A stretch of DNA of 64,000 nucleotides from Chloroflexota bacterium (GTDB taxonomy: Bacteria; Chloroflexota; UBA11872; VXOZ01): NCBI GenBank assembly GCA_964291655.2, contig OZ219802.1:1120001-1184000 (forward strand). The letters are read 5' to 3'. The notes under the pieces were generated by a model, which was not told the origin of the DNA, did no database searches, and saw only the letters and a list, made by a program, of their open reading frames with translations. Both the position numbers and the translations under genes were made by a program. Shown here piece by piece: positions 50,668 to 60,212 of the stretch; positions within the stretch are counted from its first letter, which is position 1, and the number at the start of each line of letters is the position of its first letter.

Positions 50668-51402
50668 CTACGCCTGCGCCTCGGCCTCCGGCTGTTGGAG
50701 CTCGATGACGACGCGCCGCTCGTCCCCGGTGCCGGTGGAGTGGGTCGAGACGTCGTCGTCTTCAGCGAGGGTCAGATGGATGATGCGCCGCTCGTGGGGC
50801 GGCATCGCCTCCAGCGTGATTGCCTTGCCGTTTTCGCGAACCAGGTCTGCCAGACGGCGGGCCATACCGGTGAGCAACTCCTCACGGCGCTGGCGATAGC
50901 CGCCAATATCGACCACGACGAGATCGTGCTCGCCAAGCTGTTTCGTCAGCATGAGATTGAAGAGGAATTGGATCGAACGCAGCGTGGTACCGCGCTTGCC
51001 GACGAAGGCGTCAGTGCCGTCGCCGGAAACGTTGAGGCGGAGTGGCTCGGTTCCGGTCACCTCAACTGTAACGGTGCTGCCAAGATGGTGGAAGAATTCG
51101 CGGAGGAGTTCCGTAGCATCGTCAAGCTGTTCCTGCGCCAGCGGCAACTCCGGGGTCTCCGGCGCCGGTTCGGGGGCGGCCGCTTCCACAGGAGTTTCTT
51201 CCTCGACGGTCTCGTCAGCAGCGCCTTCCGGTTTCAATTCCACGAGCACACGGGTTTCTCCACCGCCAAGGCCGAAGAGACCTCCGGTGCCCGCGCTAAT
51301 GACCCGAACGGTCACGGCATCGCGTGAGGCGCCGAGTTCCTCGAGGGCGTTCTGAATTGCATCTTCGACTGTTTTGCCGGTTGCTTCAACGCTTTCCGCC
51401 AC
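50668..51402 (-). CDS. jag: Jag/EloR (KhpB) RNA-binding protein
   Basis: VEATGKTVEDAI, GKRG.TL.SIQ, ERRIIH R3H domain; GTG at 51402. Confidence 0.92.
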   Translation of the reverse strand: MAESVEATGKTVEDAIQNALEELGASRDAVTVRVISAGTGGLFGLGGGETRVLVELKPEGAADETVEEETPVEAAAPEPAPETPELPLAQEQLDDATELLREFFHHLGSTVTVEVTGTEPLRLNVSGDGTDAFVGKRGTTLRSIQFLFNLMLTKQLGEHDLVVVDIGGYRQRREELLTGMARRLADLVRENGKAITLEAMPPHERRIIHLTLAEDDDVSTHSTGTGDERRVVIELQQPEAEAQA

Positions 51403-52462
51403 CTTTTTTCTTCTCCCTCTTGCGCGACCTTGATCTGCCAGTGTTGGGCGCTTCTTTGGCAGCGCCTTCTCCCTGGTCGTCGGCATCATCCAGGCCGAGT
51501 TCTTGTAGAGTCGTTTCGGTGAGATCAGGAATGGACGAACGTTTCACTCCCCCAAATGATAACCCACCCAGGAGTCCGCCGGGACGCTCCGGCGCGACCT
51601 CTTGCTGACTCTTTGCGGGTGCTTGGGGCGTCTTCTTTTGGCCGTCTTCCTTGGTCGCTGGCGGGGCAGCGGGCGATTGCGCCGGTTTGGCACTTTGGCT
51701 GTTGCTGTTCTGGGCAACCGCTGCCGGCGCCGTTGCCGGTATGTTCAGGCCCTTGTCCCGCATGATGAACCACTGCTGCCCGATGCTGAAAACATTGGAA
51801 ACCACCCAATACAGGGCAAGACCCGATGGAAACTGCATAGCAAAGAAGACAATCATGATGGGCATGAATTGCATTACGTTCTGGATCATCTGCTGCTGCG
51901 GGTCTTTGGTCATTCGATTCATCATCATGCGTTGCACGACCCACTGGGTGGCGCCGGCGGTGAGCGCCAACGCGCCGGGCAGCTTGAACGGCAAGTCAAC
52001 GCCCGGCGGCAGCCAAACGTCAGGTACGGCCAAGTCGGAAAGCCAAAGGAATGCCATCTCCAGGCCGGCCATCGTCACCTCGTCGTTTGTCACACCAATG
52101 ATGGCCCAGTAGAGTGCGAACAATACGGGCAACTGGGCTAGTTGGGGCAGACATCCCATGAGCGGATTAACGCCGTGCAGCTTGTAAAGCTCCATCTGGG
52201 CCTGCGCCATGGCTTGACGGTCACCCTTATGTTGTCTCTGCAATTCCTTCAGGCGGGGCGACAACAACTGCATGCGACGTGAAGAGCGCAGACTTGTCAC
52301 ACTGAGCGGAAAGAGAATGAGTCGTACGATGACTGTGAAGATCATGATGGCAATGCCAAAGCTCGGCACGCCCGCGTATTCGGTCAGATCGTAAAGACGG
52401 AGCAAACCGTTTTGGAGGCCACCAACGAGTATGTCGTTCCAGAGTGTGCCGAAAAATTCCAC
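51386..52462 (-). CDS. yidC: Membrane protein insertase YidC
   Basis: GIAI..FT..VR.IL.PL, GCLP.L.Q.P, PSGLALYW..SN. Confidence 0.95.
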   Translation of the reverse strand: MEFFGTLWNDILVGGLQNGLLRLYDLTEYAGVPSFGIAIMIFTVIVRLILFPLSVTSLRSSRRMQLLSPRLKELQRQHKGDRQAMAQAQMELYKLHGVNPLMGCLPQLAQLPVLFALYWAIIGVTNDEVTMAGLEMAFLWLSDLAVPDVWLPPGVDLPFKLPGALALTAGATQWVVQRMMMNRMTKDPQQQMIQNVMQFMPIMIVFFAMQFPSGLALYWVVSNVFSIGQQWFIMRDKGLNIPATAPAAVAQNSNSQSAKPAQSPAAPPATKEDGQKKTPQAPAKSQQEVAPERPGGLLGGLSFGGVKRSSIPDLTETTLQELGLDDADDQGEGAAKEAPNTGRSRSRKREKKKGGGKR

Positions 52463-52600
52463 TGGAACCGCTTTCTCTTCCTAAGTGTTGCCGGGATACT
52501 TGATATTGTCTCTGTGCCTACCCACCACGGCTGTCACCGGGGTGCTTCGCGGCACTCACGAGCGCGGTGTCATCCAAACCTGCCGCTTTGTGTTTCTACT

Positions 52601-52867
52601 CTACGTCCGCCGCGTTCGGCTGCTCACGGCAGCGTCATCGCGAGCAATCTCGGGCACCGGATCGGCGCCGCCGGGATGGAACGGGTGGCACCGCGCGACG
52701 CGCTTGATGCCCAACCAGCCGCCCCGGAGCAGTCCATGCTCCACGATAGCGTCGTAGCAGTACTCCGAGCACGTAGGCGCGTACCTGCAGCTTGGCGGCA
52801 GCAGCGGCGAAATTGCCAGCCGGTATCCTTGAATAAGCCGCAGCGCAACCGAACTGCCGAGGGACAC
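52601..52867 (-). CDS. yidD: Membrane protein insertion efficiency factor
   Basis: [31 protein letters not shown]. Confidence 0.95.
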   Translation of the reverse strand: MSLGSSVALRLIQGYRLAISPLLPPSCRYAPTCSEYCYDAIVEHGLLRGGWLGIKRVARCHPFHPGGADPVPEIARDDAAVSSRTRRT

Positions 52868-52917
52868 GAGACATCTTCTCCCGGTTTCTCAATCTTTCGA
52901 GGCCCTGTCAGCAAGTC

Positions 52918-53322
52918 CTACTCTTGATGCGCCTTGCACTCCGAGGGCAGCAGATGTGCGCGCATGAGCACGGCATGAACATGCCGGTGAAGCTCCCAGA
53001 ACAAGACCCTGACTGCGTCTCGACGGGCAATGAATACAAGGTCCATTCCCGGTCGTATGTGAGGATAGTGCTTGCGCACAGACTCACGCAGCCGCCTCCG
53101 GACACGGTTTCGGGTTACAGCATTGCCAAGACGCTTCGATGTAATGAAACCGCACCGGCTGAGCGAGAGGTGGTTCGGTTGGACTATGAGTCTAACAGTT
53201 TGCGCCGACCTAGTCGCAGCCGTCGATTTCGTCGTAGGCTTCGACCCTGTCGCAGGCGGCGACCACGCCTTGCCCTGGGTCAGGACAAACGTAAAATCAC
53301 GTTGTTTCTTAATCTTCTCCGT
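52918..53322 (-). CDS. rnpA: Ribonuclease P protein component (no canonical start; absent from the ORF track)
   Basis: Manual translation: KIKKQRDF..GKAWS..SRCGFITSKRLGNAVTRNRVRRRLRE..DLVFIAR; located between rpmH and yidD. Confidence 0.88.
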   Translation of the reverse strand, partial: TEKIKKQRDFTFVLTQGKAWSPPATGSKPTTKSTAATRSAQTVRLIVQPNHLSLSRCGFITSKRLGNAVTRNRVRRRLRESVRKHYPHIRPGMDLVFIARRDAVRVLFWELHRHVHAVLMRAHLLPSECKAHQE

Positions 53323-53452
53323 TTGGTTCGATCCTCATGCGGAGCCTTCTCGACGGCCCTGCGCTTTAGCGCCTCTCGCCTTCGCGCTTCCATTAGGGGA
53401 CACGCGGCAAACGCGTGCGTTACACGAAAAGGAAAGAGAAGGTCAAGCAGGC

Positions 53453-53590
53453 TCAGACGGTAAGCCGTGTGCGATGCTTATCTCGTCTGTGCTTTATGAT
53501 TCGTCGCCCCGCTCGCGTGGACATGCGCGCACGAAACCCGTGCCTGCGCAGCCGTCGCCGCACTTTCGGTTGGTAGGTTCTCTTCGGCAT
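53453..53590 (-). CDS. rpmH: 50S ribosomal protein L34
   Basis: [45 protein letters not shown]; GAAGGA RBS. Confidence 0.96.
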   Translation of the reverse strand: MPKRTYQPKVRRRLRRHGFRARMSTRAGRRIIKHRRDKHRTRLTV

Positions 53591-53839
53591 TCAGAATTAT
53601 CCTTCTTTCCTTTATCTGACTTTACTATAACATTCCGCTGAATCTACGGTCAAAGCACCGCTTGCGGCCCCTCGAAAAGCGGTCGCTCCACTTTTTCACG
53701 GCAGGTTCTTTTCTACCAGTCCACCAAGTTCGCGCAAGACTCGCTCTTGCGAGCAGGCAGAGATTGAGAGTGCGGCGCGAGCGGCAGGCCGACGGCTGCC
53801 GCTGACTTAGTTTTCCAACGTGTAGCGATAGGCGGAAAA

Positions 53840-54184
53840 CTACCCGCTGGTGCGGATAACCAGATACGTTATCGGGAACTCGCCACTGTTGCGCAGACCG
53901 TGGCGCGTGCCCTCCGGCGCAAAGAGCGCAGCCATGGCCTCCATCGGGTGCTCCTCCTCGCCCAAGGTCGCCATGCCGCTGCCGGAGATGAGAAACATGA
54001 TCTCTTCGCCGCCATGCTCGTGTGGTGGATGGGCTGCCTCGCCCGGATTAATGGAAGAGAGGTGGAGTTGCAGGACCTCTGCGCCGGCTTCCTCGCCTAC
54101 AAACGGCAAGGAGAAACCGCGTTCGTGCACGCGTTTGCGCGCTTCGTCCCAAGAAATAACGACCGGCTGTTTCATAAGTGTCAT
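53840..54184 (-). CDS. Cupin domain protein
   Basis: HPPHEH..EE..G.G, P.G..HG..N. Confidence 0.85.
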   Translation of the reverse strand: MTLMKQPVVISWDEARKRVHERGFSLPFVGEEAGAEVLQLHLSSINPGEAAHPPHEHGGEEIMFLISGSGMATLGEEEHPMEAMAALFAPEGTRHGLRNSGEFPITYLVIRTSG

Positions 54185-54322
54185 CCTTTCAACATGCCTA
54201 CCGTGCGGCGTGGTACTCTCTCTTCCTCCCGCTTGTCGCTCCAACGCGCCCAACTGTCCATTGCGCAGGTTGCACACCTACGCTACCGGAGTACAGTCGC
54301 CCTACCGCGCATCGGGTCCAGC

Positions 54323-55513
54323 TTAACCGCGCGGATAGAATGTATCCACGAGACGGTCTACGTCCGTCGGCTCGCAACCGTACTTCTCCGTGAAGCTCTC
54401 ATGGACTTTCTCTTCATATTGTGTGGTCTCCTGCAGGGGGAATGAAATGGTCGTCCGATCCTTCCCACCAGACTCCAACATCGCGATGTCCATCTCCTGG
54501 TCGAGCCGCGCGGCGCGCGCGCCATACGCGGGCTCGGTGTCTTCCCGCACTGCCGCAGCAATGCTCAGCAGTTCGTCGGCGACTTGCACCTGATTCTCGG
54601 TCAAGGAATACTGCTGGAAGGGACTTTCCCACGTAACGCGCCGGTCGGGGAGCGCCACCTCGAGCCGCTCCAGGATCTCCACACCGTCACGTTCGCTCGT
54701 GACCCGCTGCGGCAAGGCCGGCCTGCTCTGCGCGCCGGTGAGTAATTCATCAGCGGGCACGGCGTGGACCTCGTCACCCACAATAGTGCCGTGCGTTCCG
54801 TCAATTTGCGAGCAGCGAAAGGCACCGCGACCCAGGGAATGCGCATGGATAACGTTGGAGTACGCAGAGAGCGCCGTCACCCCGTTCGCAAAGTCAATGA
54901 TGCCGATGGAGAGTCTTTCGCTCTCGTGGTGACGCAACATGCGGTCGATGATCGGCACCACCGGGCTGGTATGGGAGACACCCATCACCGCCGTGGGGTC
55001 CGCCCCCGCCCAGATGCGGAGGACGCTCATGCCGTGGTAGCCGCCCTCCTCGAAGATGCGATAGATGCGGCTGACCGTGCCGATAGCGCCGGAGTTGATA
55101 ACTTCCTGCATGAGGCGGATGAGCGGCTGGCGGTAGTAATTCTCCGCCACTTCCAGTTTCACCCGGTTTTGTTGTGCCGTCTCGATCATCAAGTCGGCTA
55201 GTGGCAGAGTCCTCGCGATTGGCGTCTCCACGATTTGGTGGATGCCGTGTGTCGACAGAAAGCAACTCAGCGCATGGTGGGCGTCGCCGGGCACCACCAC
55301 GTCGGCAATGTCTAACGATTCGTTCGCTACAAGCTCCCGCGCAGAGGTGTATGCTCTGCAGCCATACCGCGCCGCCACCTCTTGGGCCCGCTCCTCCGTG
55401 GCGTCGCACACGGCCACGAAGTTGAATACGTCATCCAGCGCAGCAAGCACCGGAGCGTGGGCACCTGCACCCCGGCGCCCGGCGCCGACCAGAGCGACAT
55501 TGAGACGTTCCAT
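54323..55513 (-). CDS. Gfo/Idh/MocA family oxidoreductase
   Basis: VALVGAGRRG, VAVCD, VETPI, AENY. Confidence 0.88.
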   Translation of the reverse strand: MERLNVALVGAGRRGAGAHAPVLAALDDVFNFVAVCDATEERAQEVAARYGCRAYTSARELVANESLDIADVVVPGDAHHALSCFLSTHGIHQIVETPIARTLPLADLMIETAQQNRVKLEVAENYYRQPLIRLMQEVINSGAIGTVSRIYRIFEEGGYHGMSVLRIWAGADPTAVMGVSHTSPVVPIIDRMLRHHESERLSIGIIDFANGVTALSAYSNVIHAHSLGRGAFRCSQIDGTHGTIVGDEVHAVPADELLTGAQSRPALPQRVTSERDGVEILERLEVALPDRRVTWESPFQQYSLTENQVQVADELLSIAAAVREDTEPAYGARAARLDQEMDIAMLESGGKDRTTISFPLQETTQYEEKVHESFTEKYGCEPTDVDRLVDTFYPRG

Positions 55514-55662
55514 GGCTTCGGCCTCCTTACCCTAAACTAACTGGGAGCTATTCACAGTCTAGTCCGCAACGGTCTCAGGATGAATGCCTGGCATACGTAC
55601 GGTGTCAGTCACGTTACCGTTATTCTATGGTACGCTGGCAAATGTTGAAAGGGACAGAGGAG

Positions 55663-56706
55663 ATGAATATGCGAGAGCCGCTGTATATTGAGGTTACGCG
55701 CGGCGCGCTTGTAGAGAGCGTACATCGTGCCCACGCTGCGGTTGTGGATAACGCCGGAAACCTACTGTACGCCGCTGGTGATCCGGAGCGGGTTACGTTC
55801 TTGCGCTCGTCGGCAAAGCCGATCCAAGCACTCGCCATGGTTGAGAGCGGCGCCGCAGGACGATTTAGTTTCACCGACCGTGAAGTAGCGGTGATGTGCG
55901 CGTCGCACTTTGGCGAGCTGTTTCACGTAGCCGCCGTGCAAAGCATTTTGCAGAAGATTGGCTTGGATGAAGAAGCATTGGCGTGCGGCACGCACGCACC
56001 CACCCACGCGCCGAGCGCGGAGGCGCTGGTCCGCGCGGGCGAGTCTCCCCGGAAGATTCACAATAACTGTTCCGGCAAGCATGCCAGCATGCTCTCGCTC
56101 TGCCGGCACGCCGGGTGGCACATTGAAGGCTATACCGCACCCGACCATCCGGTGCAGGTGCGCCTGCGGACGGTTCTGGCGGAGATGGCCGGGGTTCCCA
56201 CGGAGGATGTTTACGTTGCCGTAGACGGCTGCAATGCGCCGGTATTTGCCATTCCGCTCCGCAACATCGGCCGCGCATTCGCTCAGTTAGCACAGCCTGC
56301 CGCCGTCTCGCCTACCCGGGAGGCCGCGATCCAACGAATATCGCAAGCAATGCGGGCTCATCCGGAAATGGTGTCCGGCACGAATGGCTTTACCACGGAC
56401 CTCATGCGCGTGGCGGGTGACAACGTGATGTCAAAGAGTGGCGCCGAAGGGCTCTTCTGCGCAGGCGCCCTGTCCCAAGGCTGGGGCGTCGCGGTCAAGA
56501 TTGAAGACGGGGATGCTCGCGCCCACCCGGTGCTGGTGCCCGAACTCCTCGCTGCACTGCACGTCATTAACTCGGATCAACGCGATCGACTGCGCGAACT
56601 GCACGCTCCGGGCGTCCTTAATACCGCTGGGGTCACGGTGGGAGCAATACGGCCGCGCTTCACGCCAACGGGCGAAATATTGTCCAAAGTAGCAATGCCC
56701 AGGTAA
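55663..56706 (+). CDS. Asparaginase, Rhizobium etli AnsA-type
   Basis: RG..VES.H, RSSAKPIQA, HNNCSGKH, DGC.AP, KSGAEG, KIEDG. Confidence 0.93.
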   Translation: MNMREPLYIEVTRGALVESVHRAHAAVVDNAGNLLYAAGDPERVTFLRSSAKPIQALAMVESGAAGRFSFTDREVAVMCASHFGELFHVAAVQSILQKIGLDEEALACGTHAPTHAPSAEALVRAGESPRKIHNNCSGKHASMLSLCRHAGWHIEGYTAPDHPVQVRLRTVLAEMAGVPTEDVYVAVDGCNAPVFAIPLRNIGRAFAQLAQPAAVSPTREAAIQRISQAMRAHPEMVSGTNGFTTDLMRVAGDNVMSKSGAEGLFCAGALSQGWGVAVKIEDGDARAHPVLVPELLAALHVINSDQRDRLRELHAPGVLNTAGVTVGAIRPRFTPTGEILSKVAMPR

Positions 56707-57415
56707 TTGCGCCGACCGTTCCGTATTCGAGAACTACCGCCATGCCCATTCTCTTGGCGCGGTACGCGCGGGCCAAGCCAAGCACCACGTGGACGTGCAG
56801 CAAGAGCGCCAGCGCCTCTTGGAACGTCGGCAGCGGCCAAAAGTTCAGCGCCCACGTGATCTCGCCCACGATCAGAGCCGTCAACAAGCTGTATGTTTGA
56901 ATTGCGGCCCGGGGCATACGTTCGCGAAACAGTATAGACATGCTCCCAGCGTGCGCGGCGATGGCGGCAAGCGCCGCATGCAAGACGATATTGATATGCC
57001 ACGTATCGAGTGTGACAAAGAGCATGGCAATCGCGACGTAAACGGTCGCTTGGTTGGGCCATGTGATTGAGCGCCTCGCACTGTAATAGCGACTCTGGTG
57101 GTAGTCCATGATCGCCAGGAAAAAGAGAACGCCGAACAGGGCGCTGCCGATGAGAGTTGCGCGTTCGTCGGGGATCGTGCGCCAGAACAGCGCGCTTGCC
57201 AAGGTGAGCAAGAGCGGCGCTAACATCCACGCCGACTCTTCACGCCGGGCTCCCACGATTTGTCGTAATGCGGCAAGCACGACACCGAGCAGGACGAACA
57301 CGGCAACGATCAGCAGCGGCATGGTCGCGCGCGACGTGAGCAGTACGCCAACGGTAGCAATCGCGCTCAATACGATGAGCCGGTCGAAGAGGAGCCGCTG
57401 ATACCAATTCTGCAC
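56660..57415 (-). CDS. Multi-pass membrane protein, DUF5656-like
   Basis: About 8 TM helices, GE.TWALNFWP and EY motifs. Confidence 0.65.
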   Translation of the reverse strand: MQNWYQRLLFDRLIVLSAIATVGVLLTSRATMPLLIVAVFVLLGVVLAALRQIVGARREESAWMLAPLLLTLASALFWRTIPDERATLIGSALFGVLFFLAIMDYHQSRYYSARRSITWPNQATVYVAIAMLFVTLDTWHINIVLHAALAAIAAHAGSMSILFRERMPRAAIQTYSLLTALIVGEITWALNFWPLPTFQEALALLLHVHVVLGLARAYRAKRMGMAVVLEYGTVGAITWALLLWTIFRPLA

Positions 57416-57861
57416 GTTGTTTGTCTACTCCCTAGGAAGACCTTTGCATAGCCCATGCCGAGGCGGGCAAAACCCCTCTTCCGGCTGAGACCCATGCGTA
57501 ACTCTTGCCAAGGCGGGAAGGTACCCTCTCCCGGTGGAAGAGGCCAAGAGCCTGCCCCGTATTCGTTACAGCGTATCGACACGTTACGGGGGTGAGGGGA
57601 AGCACCCGCAAGCCGGGCGCCTTCTTGCCGATGTTGCTCATCTATGTATGGATCCTATAGGTAAGAGGGACGGAATAAGCAAAACTCCCCTAATTCCGGC
57701 CCGCTCTCCAGAGAGAGGGAGCAGTTCTTGCACCTCCGGCCCAAGGTACGCACAGGTCGCTTAGAGGCAGGATAGCACGTCTTAGCTTTTGACTTGGTGC
57801 ACTTCCAAGACTATACTTTAGGTGAATGAGAAGTGGGAGAATTCCCTTCTTATCTGTAGAC

Positions 57862-57936
57862 GGCGACGTAGCCAAGTGGTAAGGCGAGGGTCTGCAAAAC
57901 CCTTATACAGCGGTTCGATTCCGCTCGTCGCCTCCA
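57862..57936 (+). tRNA. tRNA-Cys(GCA)
   Basis: GGCGACG acceptor stem, AGGGT-CTGCAAA-ACCCT anticodon arm, GGTTCGATTCC, encoded CCA. Confidence 0.97.
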
Positions 57937-57976
57937 GCGGTCTTGCCATTGCAGCCACAGTAAGCAATTTGCTCGA

Positions 57977-58000
57977 AAAGCGCCCGGCGAGGCGCCTTTT
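57977..58000. terminator. Terminator after tRNA-Cys
   Basis: AAAAGCGCC-CGGCGA-GGCGCCTTTT. Confidence 0.6.
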
Positions 58001-58259
58001 CATTTAACGCTGATTGCCGATACAGGCGCACTGTTGACGTCGCTTCGCGATCGGCAACAGCAGAATTGGATGGAAGATAACTCTCCGTGCCAACCGCAGG
58101 TACCCAGTCTGTGGCTGCTTCTGCTATTCGCGCTGTGCCCTGGTCTTTCCACCCTTCCGGTCTTAAACGGACTCCACCTGAAGCCGTGTCCGACAGAACG
58201 CCCCGCCTGAACGGCTCAACTTGAGGAATCTGCGCGCCGGCTGGCAAGCGATCGTAATC

Positions 58260-59048
58260 CTACACGAGGAATGATCGCAGCACGTGGCGGAAGGCGACCT
58301 GCTGCTGGCGAATACGGTCGGTCAGGGGTTGTAGGCCCGGCGTTTCAAATCCCACCACGCGCCGAATGATCCCGTGCCGCAGAAGTGTCGGCTCGAGGGC
58401 GCCGGAACGGCTGACGCGCACGGAACCGGGGTTAGACACGACGAGGCCGCTGCGATTGTAGTTGCCGTCCACGTGGTCGCCCCTGCAGACGGCGTATCCG
58501 TGGGACTCGAGGGTATCCAGCAGCGCGACGTCATCAGCGACAATCCGCGCAAAGAGAGTGCGCTCCCGCATGCCGCTTTCATACATGTAGAAGCACTGGG
58601 AGGTCACATCTTCGTGCAGCGAGACGAGCAGCTCCGCTCGGTGCTGTAGGAGATAATTCAGGACGATCTTGTTCTCGGGCTGGGCAGTGGGACGCTCGAA
58701 GTGGCGGTTGAGGTCTATGACGCCGTTGCCGCGAATGCCGCGCGCATAGCCGATTGGATTTATGAGAGGCAAGAAGATGAAGCGGATGTGCTGAGCCGCG
58801 GCATGGTTAGCCTCATCCTCCCAGAACTGAAGCAGAGCGAGCGGCCCGGCAATCTCATCGCCGTGCGTGCCGGCGAGGACAATGGCGCTACGTTCGCCAT
58901 CGCCTACCGCTCCGGCATAAATCGGGAAACGAATGCCAAATCGCTCTACCGCGCCTATTTCGGTGAATGAAAACTGGGGGAACCGGGCAGCGAGCGCCTG
59001 GTACCGGTGGATAAGCTCCCATACACGGTTTGGATCGCGGCGGGGCAT
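58260..59048 (-). CDS. M14/AstE-AspA family metallocarboxypeptidase
   Basis: AGTHGDE.AG, NPIG, DLNR, SLHED, ETP. Confidence 0.88.
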   Translation of the reverse strand: MPRRDPNRVWELIHRYQALAARFPQFSFTEIGAVERFGIRFPIYAGAVGDGERSAIVLAGTHGDEIAGPLALLQFWEDEANHAAAQHIRFIFLPLINPIGYARGIRGNGVIDLNRHFERPTAQPENKIVLNYLLQHRAELLVSLHEDVTSQCFYMYESGMRERTLFARIVADDVALLDTLESHGYAVCRGDHVDGNYNRSGLVVSNPGSVRVSRSGALEPTLLRHGIIRRVVGFETPGLQPLTDRIRQQQVAFRHVLRSFLV

Positions 59049-59051
59049 AGC

Positions 59052-59660
59052 TTAGGCGTTATCCTGACGCCCTTGCAAGGCGCTTGCTATGGTCTCCTCG
59101 TCGGCGTATTCGAGGTCTGCGCCGGTCGGCAAGCCCCGCGCCAGCCGCGTAACGCGCGTGGCGAACGTCGCGGAAACCTGAGCCACGTAGCTAGCCGTCG
59201 TGTCACCTTCGTGGTCGGCGTCCATGGCGAGAATCAATTCCTCTACCGGTTGCGCTTGCAACCGCTGGACGAGTTCAGCGATTCTCACGTCTTCCACGTT
59301 ACGGCCTTCCAACGGCGACAAGGAGCCGTGCAGAACGTGATAGAGACCGGCGTAGAGGCCGGTTCGCTCGATTGCCAGGAGGTCCAGCGGCTCTTCGACG
59401 ACGCAGATGCGACTCCGGTCGCGGTCCGGATCCTGACAAATAGGACAGGGATCGTGCTCACTGAGATTGAAACAACGCGAGCACCATACCGTCTGGGCGC
59501 CCATATTCTCGAGGGCTGTCGCGAGGTTGCGGGCGAGATCCGGAGATGAGCGGAGCAAGTAAAACGCCAGTCGTTGTGCTGTACGAGGGCCGATGCCGGG
59601 CAGCCGGGATAGCTCTTCGATGAGCCGAGCTACGGGCGCGGGGAGGCTCATCCGGGCCAT
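59052..59660 (-). CDS. recR: Recombination mediator RecR
   Basis: LPGIGPRTAQRLAF, C4 zinc finger, ICVVE, EYADE. Confidence 0.97.
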   Translation of the reverse strand: MARMSLPAPVARLIEELSRLPGIGPRTAQRLAFYLLRSSPDLARNLATALENMGAQTVWCSRCFNLSEHDPCPICQDPDRDRSRICVVEEPLDLLAIERTGLYAGLYHVLHGSLSPLEGRNVEDVRIAELVQRLQAQPVEELILAMDADHEGDTTASYVAQVSATFATRVTRLARGLPTGADLEYADEETIASALQGRQDNA

Positions 59661-59697
59661 CGCTACGCTGTCTCCTTAGATTGAGAATACGGTGGCG

Positions 59698-60024
59698 CTA
59701 CGTCAGACCGGGAATATTCATGCCGCCTGTAACGGCGGAAAGACGGCGGCCCGCAAGCTCCTGCGATTTGCCCACGGCATCATTGACAGCGGCGACGAGC
59801 AAGTCCTGCAACATGGCAACGCCCTCTTCGTCTACCTCACCCTCCGGGGTGACGGTGGACTCCAGGACGTCGGGTAGGATTTCGATGGCATGCACTTTCT
59901 GATGGCCGGTCATTACGACCTTGACCGCTCCGCCACCGGCGGTGCTTTCCACCAACTCTCTTTCCAATTCTTCCTGGATTTTCGTCATCTTTTGCTGCAT
60001 CTGCCGCAGCATCTTCATCGACAT
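59698..60024 (-). CDS. ybaB: YbaB/EbfC nucleoid-associated protein
   Basis: AGGGAVKV..G, MLQDL..AAVNDA, TGGM..PG; upstream of recR. Confidence 0.95.
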   Translation of the reverse strand: MSMKMLRQMQQKMTKIQEELERELVESTAGGGAVKVVMTGHQKVHAIEILPDVLESTVTPEGEVDEEGVAMLQDLLVAAVNDAVGKSQELAGRRLSAVTGGMNIPGLT

Positions 60025-60212
60025 GCGCAGTTCTCCTCAATGGTGGCTGTGTATTCACAGCATACCAGATGGGCAGCAGGACGAATAGGCACGAAACTGT
60101 TCTTTACTTTTCCGTCTGACAATGCCTATAATGGTGCCAGGCCACAATACGTGTGTGGGCATGATGTGTCTTTGCCAAAAAGAGTAAAACGTGAAGAGGG
60201 TGAAGGTAACCA

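Noticed and set aside
57862-58260. Integrated element at tRNA-Cys and ORF 57903-58247
   Set aside because: No integrase and no duplicated tRNA 3' end seen; the ORF overlaps the tRNA and terminator.
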